Assembly: GCA_951406725.2 (NCBI GenBank)
Contig: OX597825.1
Location: 62,000,001 to 62,064,000 of the forward strand
Source: Octopus vulgaris
Lineage: Eukaryota
Direction: 5' to 3'
DNA: 64,000 bases
Shown piece after piece: positions 14,030 to 26,228 of this stretch. Within the stretch, counting starts at the first letter, position 1, and each line of letters starts with the position of its first letter. The notes beneath the pieces were generated by a model. It was given only the letters and a program-made list of their open reading frames with translations, did not search any database and was not told the DNA's origin. The translations under genes were made by a program, and so were the position numbers.

Positions 14030-15300
14030 TTGAAGGTGAAATTCTGGTGGAATTGTGCAGTAAAATAGAGCCTTCAAGGCTAAAAGAAATGTTTGGAGAA
14101 GATGGATGAAAAGAAAGATATGAAAAAAACCCAACAATTCCAAGTTGCTAGATGGGATATGAGACATCAAGAATATCATACATCTAAGTAGGGAACGAAA
14201 TTTGCTTAGGGAGGGCAAACCTAGGTCCATCCCTTGCTATTCGAAGTGTTTTCATTGCCCACACCTATTTTTTGGGGATGCACTTGTACTCCCTGAACAT
14301 CCTGTTCCTGAGCCTATGGAAAAGTTAAGTAGGTAATTTGTGCATATTCTAACTTGAGAAGGTGTATGGCTCATTGGTTAGAGCATCAGGCTCACAATCA
14401 CGAGGTTGTGAGTTCGATTCCCAGACCCAGCTGTGTCGAGTTCTTGAGTAAGATGCCTTATTTCATGTTGCTCCAGTTCACTCAGCTGTAGAAATGTGTT
14501 GCAATGTCACTGGTGCCAAGCTGTATCAGCCTTTGCCTTTCCCTTGGATGACATCAGTGGTGTGGAGAGGGGAGGCTGGTATGCATGGGCAACCACTGGC
14601 CTTCTATAAACAAATTTGCCAGGACTTGTGCCTGAGAGGATAACTTTCTAGGTGCAATCCCATGGTCATTCATGACAGAAGGGGGTCTTTAACAAGAGAA
14701 GGTGATAGACGAGAGATAGTTTATCAGTGTGAATATAGTTGCCATTGAGTATATATATGTGTAAGGAACAATAAGCAGTGTACATGCCATCATTGATCCT
14801 AGAAAATAAAGAAGGTTGCTGAATATGAAAAATGCACAGGAGAGAGAGAAAGGGGTCTGCACCAAATGTTTGCATTAAAGGAACCCAACTGATGAAGCTG
14901 ACAGCAGTTTGAGTGAAGGGGGCGATTAGAGATGTAGAGAAAGAGAATGCAGCAGAACCTTCAGGCAGAGTTGTTGGGAGGCTAAAAATTATCTGGTGAA
15001 GGCAGACATATGCTCATCCTTCACATAGTCAATAAGGTAATAAGGGGCAATGCCTTGTCAAATTACTGATGCTGCAGCATTCTAATCATCTGCAACTAAA
15101 TCAAAACTGTTCTTCAATGAATCAACAGCTGAACCATCAAACTGACAGATCAGGATAAGAATGTAATAGAGAGAGATTTAGCACGAATGATTATGAAGCC
15201 ATTTAGCTGAGATGAGAAGCAATTTGGCTTTGTTCCAGGATGAAGTACAACTGAAGTCATCTTCATTATGAGGCATCTATACAAAATATTTCACTAAGAA
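14030..15300 (+). mobile_element. highly decayed RTE LINE segment (linker and RT), interrupted by a SINE
   Basis: WWN.AVK..FKAKRNVWRRW near 14045 and DEKQFGFVPG*STTEVIFIMRHL near 15210-15280. Confidence 0.65.
14360..14692 (+). mobile_element. tRNA-derived SINE (same family as 32357-32670 and 62062-62350)
   Basis: A and B boxes (TGGCTCATTGG, GAGTTCGATTCC) and a shared body ending GAAGGGGGTCTTTA. Confidence 0.85.
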
Positions 15301-15610
15301 CAAATCAAGCATCCACTGATATGAAGAAACTGTTTGACAAGGAGTTATGTTCTGAGATACTCTTCTTAATCTGGTAGCTGCAAAGAAAATGAAATGCAGA
15401 TGAATTTTTGTGAGAGATCTGCAAGCTGTGTGTAGAAATGTCAGATTGGTGAACATTAGTAAGGAATTCACCTACACATGTATACACACACAAACTGTCA
15501 TGTGTGTATGTGTATAGTCCACATAAACGTACACATAGTTGTAAATATATACATATATATTCATAAACATACATCTACACTGATATATATATATATATAC
15601 GTGTGTATGT

Positions 15611-15855
15611 ATAAAATCAAAATAAGCAACAAGGATATCCAGAGGTAATGCAGTACGATCGTTTCATGCAATTCCATTTAATTGAACAATGCAAACATTA
15701 CATCAATTTAAAATGTAGAGCAATCTTCAGCTGTGCGAAAAGATATCCTTGTTGCTTATTTTGATTATAATCACCTTATTTTAAATTGCATGGATAATAC
15801 CATACTAAATTCTGGTACCATATTCATCTGAATCTAAATTTTACTGAACTTATAT
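15611..15855. mobile_element. short Penelope pLTR-like insert with a 25-bp inverted repeat enclosing a hammerhead motif
   Basis: AATCAAAATAAGCAACAAGGATATC (15615-15639) is exactly inverted at 15742-15766. TA-rich flanks. Confidence 0.7.
15651..15733 (-). ncRNA. type-I minimal hammerhead ribozyme with an intact core
   Basis: Minus strand reads CAG-CTGAAGA-TTGC...GCAT-GAAAC-GATC-GTA-CTG. Palindromic stem III ACGATCGT, GUA triplet, stem I CAG/CTG, long imperfect stem II. Confidence 0.75.
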
Positions 15856-15894
15856 ATACACAAAATGAGGTTCACATAAGTACATACACTTGTA

Positions 15895-16060
15895 TGGTTG
15901 GTTGGTTGGTTGGCATCCTTTTTGTCTCGGGAGACAATGGAGTTGCGCATAAAGTAGTCTAGTCCGGCTTTTACATTTCATGTCCTGAAACATTTCCTGC
16001 TGTGGCTGTGTAGTCCTATTATTTGTATGGTAATCTGATAGTTACATGCACACAAGTGTA
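15895..16060 (-). mobile_element. RTE (BovB-like) LINE 3' end with a (CCAA)n tail
   Basis: Minus: IGLHSHSRKCFR, then ..CCATTGTCTCCCGAGACAAAAAGGATG(CCAA)n. Confidence 0.75.
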
Positions 16061-16554
16061 TGGGTACAGGGAGGGGAAACCTCTCCTCACAGAACAGGAG
16101 TACAGTTAGCTAGGGAAGTCATGTATGTTTAGAATGAAACAGTGGGGGTGGGAAGGCAAAACATGTAAGCAAGATGGACGCTGTTTGTAATGCACATTAA
16201 TATTAAAACTTTTATTATACTAGGCCACATAACATCATAAATTTAACTTTTCAAGCTGTATAGTATCATATAAATTTAGGAGCATATAAAAAACATCATA
16301 CTATTCTAATCTGCATACTAACATAAAATATAAAAGAATTCATACTTAATCTAAGCCACATAATATCAAATAAACATATGAGAAATTGGCCAAGGAAGGA
16401 CACTGAGTGAGAGAGAAGAAGATTAAACAGCATTACATGAAAATAACACAAGGGTTAAAAACTTAGCTATGTTTCCATTTTCGCTTCCTAGCAATATATA
16501 CATTCACATGTACACACATATACATACACACACATACACATGTTTATTTACATG

Positions 16555-16588
<34 letters not shown>

Positions 16589-16596
16589 GATATATA

Positions 16597-18121
16597 ATCA
16601 AAATCAAAATAAATCAAAATAGATGAACATCAATGGAATTTGTATCTTTGTGGTACCAGTGCTGGTGGCACACAAGAAAACCATCCGAACGTGGCCGTAG
16701 CCAGTACCGCATCGACTGGCCTCCGTGCTGTGGGCACGTAACAAGCACCATCCGATCGTGGCTGTTCGCCAGCCTCATCTGGCACCTGTGTCGGTGGCAC
16801 ATAAAAACACCATCCGAAGACCCGGCAAGACGAGTCAGGCCATAACCCGTGGCCCCTACCAGGGACGTAGTCAGTCCACCTGTGCATACCTTCCTTCTTG
16901 TGACACTTGTGAAGACCGTTGAGGCAAGTGAAAATCAAAATCAAAATCAGAACAAATCAAAATAGATGAACATCAATGGAATTTGTATCTTTGTGGTACC
17001 AGTGCCGGTGGCACACAAGCAAACTATCCGAACGTGGCCGTAGCCAGTACCGCATCGACTGGCCTCCGTGCTGTGGGCACGTAACAAACACCATCCGATC
17101 GTTCGCCAGCCTCATCTGGCACCTGTGTCGGTGGCGCATAAAAACACCATCCGAAGACCCGGCAAGACTAGTCAGGCCATAACCCGTGGACCCTACCTGG
17201 GACGTGCATACCTTCCTTCTTGTGACACTTGTGAAGACCTGTTGAGGCAAGTGAAAATCAAATCAAATCAAAACAAATCAAAATAGATGAACATCAATGG
17301 AATTTGTATCTTTGTGGCACACAAGAAAACCATCCGAACGTGGCCGTAGCCAGTACCGCATCGACTGGCCTCTGTGCTGTAGGCACGTAACAAACACCAT
17401 CCGATCATGGCCGTTCGCCAGCCTCATCTGGCACCTGTGTCGGTGGCACATAAAAACACCATCCGAAGACCCGGCAAGAATAGTCAGGCCATAACCCGTG
17501 ACCCCTACCTGGGACGTAGTCAGTCCACCTGTGCATACCTTCCTTCTTGTGACACTTGTGAAGACCTGTTGAGGCAAGTGAAAATCAATATCAAAATCAA
17601 ATCAAATCAAATCAAATCAAAACAAATCAAAATAGATGAACATCTTGTGAAGACCTGTTGAGGCAAGTGAAAATCAAAATCAAAATCAAAATCAAATCAA
17701 ATCAAATCAAAATAGATGAACATCAATGGAATTTGTATCTTTGTGGTACCAGTGCCGGTGGCATACAAGAAAACCATCCGAACGTGGCCGTAGCCAGTAC
17801 TGCATCGACTGGCCTCCGTGCTGTGGGCACGTAACAAACACCATCCGATCGTGGCCGTTCGCCAGCCTCATCTGGCACCTGTGTCGGTGGCACATAAAAA
17901 CACCATCCGAGCGTAGCCGTCTGCCAGCCTCGTCTGGCACTGTGTTGGTGGCACATAAAATCACCCACTACACTCTCGGAGTGGTTGGCGTTAGGAAGGG
18001 CATCCAGCTGTAGAAACACTGCCAGATCTGACTGGACTGGTGCAGCTTTCGGGCTCCCCAGACCCCAGTTGAACCGTCCAACCCATGCTAGCATGGAAAG
18101 CGGACGTTAAATGATGATGAT
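16597..18121 (+). repeat. head-to-tail array of a GC-rich ~320-350 bp retroposon unit, ending in a SINE/RTE-type tail (GATGAT)
   Basis: AGATGAACATC recurs at 16621, 16964, 17285, 17634 (short deleted unit) and 17714. Each unit holds three ~60-bp sub-repeats (GGCAC.TAA.AACACCATCCGA). Units are joined by (AAATC)n. Confidence 0.9.
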
Positions 18122-18142
18122 ATATATATATATGTATGTATG

Positions 18143-18191
<49 letters not shown>

Positions 18192-18193
<2 letters not shown>

Positions 18194-18490
18194 AGGCGCA
18201 ATGGCCCAGTAGTTAGGGCAGCGGACTCGCAGTCGTAGGATCGCGGTTTCGATTCCCAGACCGGGCGTTGTGAGTGTTTATTGAGCGAAAACACCTAAAG
18301 CTCCACGAGGCTCCGGCAGGGGGTGGTGGTGATCGCTGCTGTACTCTTTCGCCACAACTTTCTCTCACTCTTTCTACTGTTGGCCTGCTCGCTTAGCCAG
18401 CGGGGTGGCGTCATTTGAAGGCTAAAAAACAATGTGAAGCCATGTGTAACAACATCTGATAGCCTGGTCGGTCACGGTGATCACGGTGAT
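18192..18490 (+). mobile_element. young tRNA-derived SINE inserted in (TA)n
   Basis: GGAGGCGCAATGGCCCAGTAGTTAGGGCAGCGGACTCGC..GGTTTCGATTCCC, CpG-rich, with TA runs on both sides. Confidence 0.9.
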
Positions 18491-19001
18491 ATATATATAT
18501 ATATATACAGCAAGGCCACAGTTGAAACATTCCTGTCACAACCTGGGACCTTGAAGACGGCTAAAATGCAAGAAAGTAAACTAGTCCCTTAATATTTGAT
18601 GTTCAATATTTCATCTATTCAATAAGACAATCAATACTTCATTTCATTTTACTATATATATATATATTATTTATACTATATATTCTATATTCCACATTAA
18701 TATTATAAAGAATATAACTAAAACATAAAAGCAGACAGAGTTGGAAGTTCTTTGAATAATATATATATATATATATATATGTATTGTATGTATGTATATA
18801 TGTATATATCTATATGTTTGTGTCTTTGTATCAATAAATCAAGAATTTATTTTGCATAGCATTTAATATGCATTTAATCATTCAAATTTATATGTATATA
18901 TGTACACATACACACACACACTCACATACATAGACACACTAAGACACAAACACACACACAGACATGCACACATGTATCTATCTATCTATCTATCTATTTA
19001 G

Positions 19002-19295
<294 letters not shown>

Positions 19296-19600
19296 TACTC
19301 ACATGTATATATATATATATACATATATATAAACATATACACACATGTGTATATATACTTATATATATATATATCTATGACCATGTATGCATATTTATGC
19401 ACACACACTCATATGCATACACACATCTGAAACATATATATATAGATAGACCCACATACACACACACACACATGCACACAAAGTCATAATACACAATCAT
19501 ACACGCTTGTATATGTGTGCGTGTGAAAAAAAAGTGTATCTAAAGAAAACAGGATGGACAGTTTGAAACAATGGCTGACAAGAATAATAGCAAAAACCTC

Positions 19601-19632
<32 letters not shown>

Positions 19633-20466
19633 AAGCATCAACAACAGCAGCAACAATAACAGCAATAATAATAATGATAATAATAAATAATAATAATAAC
19701 AGTAATAATAATAGCTTTGTAAATGCAATATGAAATAGAAATGATTTGCGAAGTGATTGACTATTTAGTATGAAGCAGCAATTTGTTTGAAAGACGAGTT
19801 CAAAGAAATCATGATGAATGGATGTATTGGAGAATGTTGTCCAACTATTGTACTTGGTTATAGAAGGGGAAAATGTAGGTATGGTGTGAGGTGAGAGAGG
19901 GTATCTGATTGATTTCTGGAATAAAATCAAATGTAGTAAAACCTAAAAAACTTCAACAAATTAAGATAATAAAATAACACAAAACTCTGTCGATAAGATC
20001 CATCCTTCTACACTGTGTCCTTTTAATATCTGATTAACCTTGCAGAAATTAGATTGAAGGGGTTTGAAACCTGTCTCGTTTCATTTGTAATGACCAATAA
20101 ATACAGATCTAATTTAATTACTTCTTTTCAAATGCTTGATTGGTTATTGTCATAGGGAGTGTCTCCATTGTGACATTGTTGTATTTCTGCCCCTATCAGA
20201 TATTATTATCATTTAATGTCCATTTTTGATGTCCGTGTTCAGTGCTAAATGGTTTGACAGAATGTGATGGGTCAGATAGCTGCATCATATACAAGTGTGT
20301 GCTTTGGCATGGTTTCTACAGCTAGACAGCCTTCTTAACACCAACCGTTTTACAGCAAGTACTAGTTGCCTCTTTTATGCTTATTTTGTGCCACCAGAGC
20401 AAATGAGGTCATGGTGCATCTCACAAAAATATGAACCCTGAGGCTGGCAACTTTATTCTAGGAGAT

Positions 20467-20880
20467 GCTGTGTGGTAAGTAGCTTGCTTACCAGCCACAT
20501 GGTTCCAGGTTCAGTCCCACTGCGTGGCACCTTGGGCAAGTGTCTTCTACTATAGCCTCAGGCTGACCAAAGCCTTGTGAGTGGATTGGGTTGATGGAAA
20601 CTGAAAAAGCCCGTCGTATATATGTATATACGTATATATGTACATACGTGTGCGTGTATATTTGTGTGTCTGTGTTTGTCCCCCTAGCATTGCTTGACAA
20701 CTGTTGCTGGTGTGTTTACGTCCCCATCACTTAGCAGTTCGGCAAAAGAGACCTATAGAATAAGTACTGGGCTTACAAAGAATAAGTCCCGGGGTCGTGT
20801 TGCTCGACTAAAGGCGGTGCTCCAGCATGGCCACAGTCAACTGACTGAAACAAGTAAAAGAGTAAAAGAGTAAAGAGTGA
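20467..20880 (+). mobile_element. SINE family A
   Basis: Colinear with 9841-10282. Confidence 0.9.
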
Positions 20881-22079
20881 AAGTATGAGAGAAGGAGCCA
20901 AAGCAGGAAAGTCTAACTTGCTGTAGAGGGGCTAAATGATTAAGTCCTGTTTTAAAAGTGACTGTTGGAATAATCAGGTGGAGCTGGAAAGTGGTAAAAA
21001 CAACCATGATGGGAAGTCAGAGTGGACCATTCAAGGTCAAAGTAGGTTGAAATGAGTGGAGCTGAGGGAGCAGTAATATGCGTGGAGGTTGCATGAGTAT
21101 ATGTTGAAGGAGAGATAGGAACTGGCTGAGGTGAGGGAAGAGTAGGTGACAACTGTAAAGAGTGTTTAAGGTTGGTTGAAGAGTGGATGCAGTGAATGGT
21201 GGATGACTAATGATATGAATGATATGGGGGTTAGGGAAGATAGGGAGAGTAGGGGATGACTGAGAGTGTGGAGTAGCCCATGTCATCACTCACTCTTACT
21301 CCACAGTTATTTCCACTCTAAACTCACTTTGTATCTTACCATTTAGCAACATCATCATCAGTATCATAATCATCATCATCATCCTCATCATCATCATCAT
21401 CATCATCACCAATATCATGTTACATCAGGGCTGACATGCCTACGTGGGTTAGAAGAGTTTATTGTGGTAGATTTTATTTGCCATCATAAACCCTCACTTG
21501 CTTCCATGCTAGAAAATATTTCTCCATGGCCAGACATGTTTGCACAGAAGACTGAAAACGAAGGACACTGCTTGAATGAGGTGACACCTAAAGGTCAAGT
21601 TACAGTCACACACACACACACACATTCATGCACAAATGCACACACACACACAGCTGAATACTTACACCCTTTTTGCAGTTTCTACACATCAAATCTAATT
21701 GGTAGAAATGAGATAGGTAGAAGAGCCAGAAATAGGGGTGGGTTGAGTGAGAGATAGCAAATGGCTGTAAAGGTTGGATAGTGCAGAGAAGCCAATGCCA
21801 TCAAAGATGCATAGGCTTTAGTCAAACTAAGACTATAAAAGAAGCAGCTTACCCAAGGTGTTACACAATTGGACTGACCCTTTAACAAAGCAGTTAAGAA
21901 ACACACTCTTAAACCACACAGCCAAGCCTGTTTCCTCATGTATTATAATGTTACATGTAGCACATCATCCAACATGTTAACTATAATTTTTCTGTTCCTT
22001 CACTTAGTTCCATGCTATAATAACTTCACTTTATAAATTGTCACATTACAAACAGCAGATTATCCTCATAGATACATCT

Positions 22080-22295
22080 CTTTTACTCTTTTACTCTTTT
22101 ACTTGTTTCAGTCATTTGACTGTGGCCATGCTGGAGCACCGCCTTTAGTCAAGCAAATCGACCCCAGAACTTATTCTTTGTGAGCCTAGTACTTATTCTA
22201 TCGGTCTCTTTTGCCGAACCGCTAAGTTACGAGGATGTAAACACACCAGCATCAGTTGTCAAGTGATGCTGGAGGGACAAACACAGACACACAAG

Positions 22296-22340
<45 letters not shown>

Positions 22341-22632
22341 TGGCCTTCTCGCTTAGTCAGCAGGGTGGCGTCATTCGAAGGCTAAAACAACGCATTGTGA
22401 CCAGCGATGTGTAGCAACATCTGATGGTCTGGTCGGTCACATGATCACGTGATATATATGCATATATACAATGGGCTTCTTTCAGTTTCTGTCTACCAAA
22501 TCCACTCACAAGGCTTTGGTTGGCCCGAGGCTATAGTAGAAAACAGTTTCCCAAGGTGCCATGCAGTGGGACTGAACCCGGAACCATGTGGTTCGTAAGC
22601 AAGCTACTTACCACACAGCCATTCCTATGCCT
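22080..22632 (-). mobile_element. SINE family A with a fragment of the 18192-type SINE nested in its internal (TA)n (about 22341-22452, plus strand)
   Basis: Reverse complement of family A. The nested piece matches 18380-18490. Confidence 0.85.
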
Positions 22633-23740
22633 ATCTCTCCAAGATCTATTAACTGTAACTTTTTTTTACTCACCATGTCTCTTCAGTTTACTTCCATACT
22701 CACCTCACTTTGTAAATGATATCCTTACATTGAACAGACCATTCAGAATGTGTTCTTGCTTGGTTGCTATATATTTTCATATATGTACATTTACATTTCT
22801 AGTTTCACTGCTGTTCAGCAACTGGCAGTTTAATATTCACTTCATTTCTTCAATCTATGATATAAAACTTTTGATTGCTATTACAAAGAGAGAACAGTGC
22901 AGTCTTTAAGCCCTGTTACTATCACATTGTGTCTATATCAGATCTTCCCATTATTTGTCAAATCATCAAAACAACATCTGGTTAATGAGATTAGGGAAAA
23001 GCTTGAAACACTGACAATAGTGTTAGCACAATTTACAGAAAATTTCTGACAGAAGTCACCTGAGAATTCTTATTCTGTGATTCCTTAAACAGCTCTAAAC
23101 CTTTAGCAATTGTCATTTTATATGAATCGTATCTTTACAATTGTGTCACCTAGCTAACAGATCTTATCTTCCATTTACAGCAAGGCATCAAGATATGGCA
23201 GCTCGTGATGTTAGCTAAAAGACAATAGCATTGAATGGAGCTATTGTTCACATTTTATCTGGGGATTCTCTTGTAATTATTTCATTCTAAATACATCTTT
23301 GATTCCACAGATATATATAAAGTAGCCCTCTTAAATCGGTAAGGAGATATAGCTGTATTTTAGGTGTTTGATCTATTTGTAAAATATCAATGAAATCTTC
23401 CTCAAAAAGTACTCAAACATTCTAACTCTGAATATTGCACTACAAGACATTATTCAAAATATAGTAAACTGCTAAATAAAAGAGTTGATCGGGTTGAAAT
23501 GCTTTCACTACAGCTTTGTTCAATCAGGGCTGATCAGGGACTAAACAGTAGCAGAAACAACAACCTATTTTCCATGCTATTCAACCCATCAGTTAAAAAG
23601 TATGCTTTGCAACACAAGATTTCGGGCTCAGTTCTAATGTACGGCTTCTTAGGGAATAGTCTTCAGTTATAACTCTGAGCTGACTAAGGGCTTGTGATTA
23701 AATTAATTACAGGAAAATTGTGAGAAGGCTATATATATAT

Positions 23741-24268
23741 AGGTATACTTGCCATCTCAATATGGCTAACCACTAAGGATGGATGTTACTGTAGCTTGTA
23801 GCCCCAGGAGAAGATCGTCTTCAGCTGGCTTTAGGCACACTTTCTGTGCCCTTATGGTATTTGCAAAGGGAGGTCATCCTTCCCTCCCCTCCCTTTGCAA
23901 ATACCATAAGGGCACAGAAATTGTGCCTAAAGCCATAGACGATGTTCTCCTGGGCTCAAGCTACAGTAACATCCATCCTTAGTGGTTAGCCATATTGAGA
24001 TGGCAAGTATACCTCACATTGTCGTGCAGTTACTGTTTATATCTCGTTCAGAGATTTATTATTGCTTATATATATAAGAGATAATGGTGCCATTGAGACC
24101 CAAAGGTGTCAGGTAGTGCTGAATAAGTGCTTAATTTTCTTCTCACACTGTCTCTGATGAATGGATATTCTAAATCAATATCCTAGAAACAGCTGTAAGA
24201 CCTTCTATCTATAAATGCTCTGATATCTATACAGCCTTGGTTTTTATCTTATTTCGCAAAAATTCTTA
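23741..24268 (+). mobile_element. Penelope pLTR-like insert in (TA)n: ~130-bp-arm hairpin followed by a hammerhead
   Basis: 23741-23873 is inverted at 23888-24014 with few mismatches. (TA)n lies on both sides of the whole element. Confidence 0.8.
24150..24201 (+). ncRNA. type-I minimal hammerhead ribozyme with an intact core
   Basis: GTCT-CTGATGA-AT-GGATATT-CTAAATC-AATATCC-TA-GAAAC-AGCT-GTA-AGAC. Stem I is GTCT/AGAC, stem II is 7 bp, stem III is the palindrome ACAGCTGT, triplet GUA. Confidence 0.85.
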
Positions 24269-24649
24269 TATATATATATATATATATGGCAATCAGTTGG
24301 TTACAAGGATGTGGGTACCATTTCATCCAATCAACCTATGTGTATATGAGGATGAAGTTGCATGCACATCTACATATATATATATATATATATATACATA
24401 TGTGTATGTGTGTGTAGATGTGTATATATGTATGAGTACATACATGCACATATGTTTGTGTGTGTATGTGCATGTATGTATACATGTTTGTGTGAGTGTT
24501 TATGTATGCAGACGTTATGAACTCAGGAGGTTTTATGTCTATGTATTGAGAGAATATGGTTGCGTGTATTTTTTATCTTTTATATTTTTTCTACCTATTA
24601 TAGTGACTTCCCTTTTATTCACAGATTTTTCATAGTGTCTATTGACATT

Positions 24650-24710
24650 AAAAGCTGATGAGAATGCATCACGGCTCTTAGCTCTGGCATTTGAAACTCC
24701 GAGCTCTATT
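24650..24710 (+). ncRNA. hammerhead motif with a mutated cleavage site
   Basis: AAAAG-CTGATGA-GAATGC...GCATTT-GAAAC-TCCGA-GCT-CTATT. Both core boxes and stem II are present; the GUH triplet is lost. Confidence 0.6.
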
Positions 24711-24804
24711 AAGACAACTTACTGATTGTCTTAAACAATACACGCACGCACACACACACACACACACACATACTGTCAAAAATGAGGATGTAATTTCCTC
24801 ATTC

Positions 24805-25260
24805 TCGACCACATAGTTGCAGGCTCAGTCCCATTGTGTGGCACCTTGGACAAATTTCTTCTACGGTAGCCATGTGGCTGACCAAAGCCTTCTGAGTGGA
24901 TTTAGTAGATGAAAACTGAAAGAAACCCATCCATGTAACTTAGCGGTTCAGCAAAAAAGACTGATAGAATAGGTACTAGGCTTACAAAGAATAAGTCCTG
25001 GGATCAATTTCTTTGAGTAAATTCTCTTTTAGATGGTGCTCCAGCATGGACAGTGATTTAACCCTTTAGCATTCAGATTGCTCTGTCAAATGTAATGCTT
25101 TTTTATTTACAGTCTTTCCAATTAGCCATGCACTATCTCATAGCTTTGAGATTTTGATGACATGATTATTTGTTTCTTGAACAACAATGTTGGGTAGGTG
25201 TGAGAGGTCTGATCTATCCAGCTTAACCATAAATCACACAGACTATTTGGGTTAAGAATA
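24805..25260 (+). mobile_element. SINE family A fragment followed by a TTAA-MITE fragment
   Basis: Family A body to about 25050, then TTAA-CCCTTTAGCATT. Confidence 0.7.
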
Positions 25261-25984
25261 TTTCTAATTTGAATATATTTCACAATCATCTCTTTTGACT
25301 CAAATATATTTGGAGATGCGTGAATATTTAGAAATAATGTTAGCAGTTTGTCTACATTATATTTTTTTTTTCTCTCTCTCTCTCTCTCTCTTCTTGCATA
25401 TTTTGGCCAGTTCTTAGGGATTTGAGAAGATCAGCTAACATCATGAAAGAAAGCCATTAATTTTTCAAAAGAAAGATGCTTGTTGTTGAAGCTATTTCAC
25501 AGCAAAGATGATTAAGTAGGGATAAGATCTATCCCTGTATATTTTTTTTAATCACTTCACATATGCAATAGAAGTGCCATCACGAGCTTATTCACAGCAC
25601 TTACGTAGAAATTTTGGTACTGAAGTGCATGTGTGTGTGTGTGTGTGTGTGTGTGGTTTGCAAGGAAAAGGTAAGGAGTGACATTACAACCTCAGTATAG
25701 TAACCTTTTCCAGAATATTAGATGAAGGTAACTGAGCTGAAGCTTCAAAGTCGCTATCAATCTTTACATTGTAAAAACAAAACATATTTGCTAAACTAGA
25801 TTAAAAAAACCTTAAACGTATTAGGGGAGCCTTCAAATGATACTTGATTTTTTTTATACACAGACATGACAGAAGTAAATAGACACACTTATAACCATTA
25901 AAATTTATCTAAAGCTGAAATTATACATTTAAATTATTTATTAATTGTTATAATGTGAATATTTAATATTTTGAAGACATGGCC

Positions 25985-26228
25985 TTTTCATTTTTCTATG
26001 CAAGGATCCTATTAGGCATGTTACTGATCAGATGATGAATATTCTCTTGAGGAATTTCTTGCCAAGTTTCATGCAATAATCTCAAAAGATCTGGCTTTGA
26101 AGATGCTTTCTTGTTTTTTTTATAAAGTGTCCTGTCCATTGTGGTCCAGAGGTGTTCAATAGGGTTCATATCTGGTGACTGGCTTGGCCATGGAAGCTTT
26201 TTAATGCCATTCTCTTCCAACAAATCTT
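25985..26228 (-). pseudogene. Tc1 (DD34E) transposase C-terminal fragment
   Basis: LPWPSQSPDMNPIEHLW..L...WQEIP..I..LISNMPNR. Confidence 0.9.

Noticed and set aside
16597-17960. CRISPR-like or protein-coding reading of the tandem array
   Set aside because: Whole units repeat, with no unique spacers and no cas genes. The short ORFs are broken differently in each unit.
17923-17989. Twister-ribozyme reading (GCCAGCC/GGTTGGC pairing before GGCGTTAGGAAGGGCATCC)
   Set aside because: The conserved cleavage-site and loop nucleotides are absent, and a simple CACTC/GAGTG hairpin explains the segment equally well.
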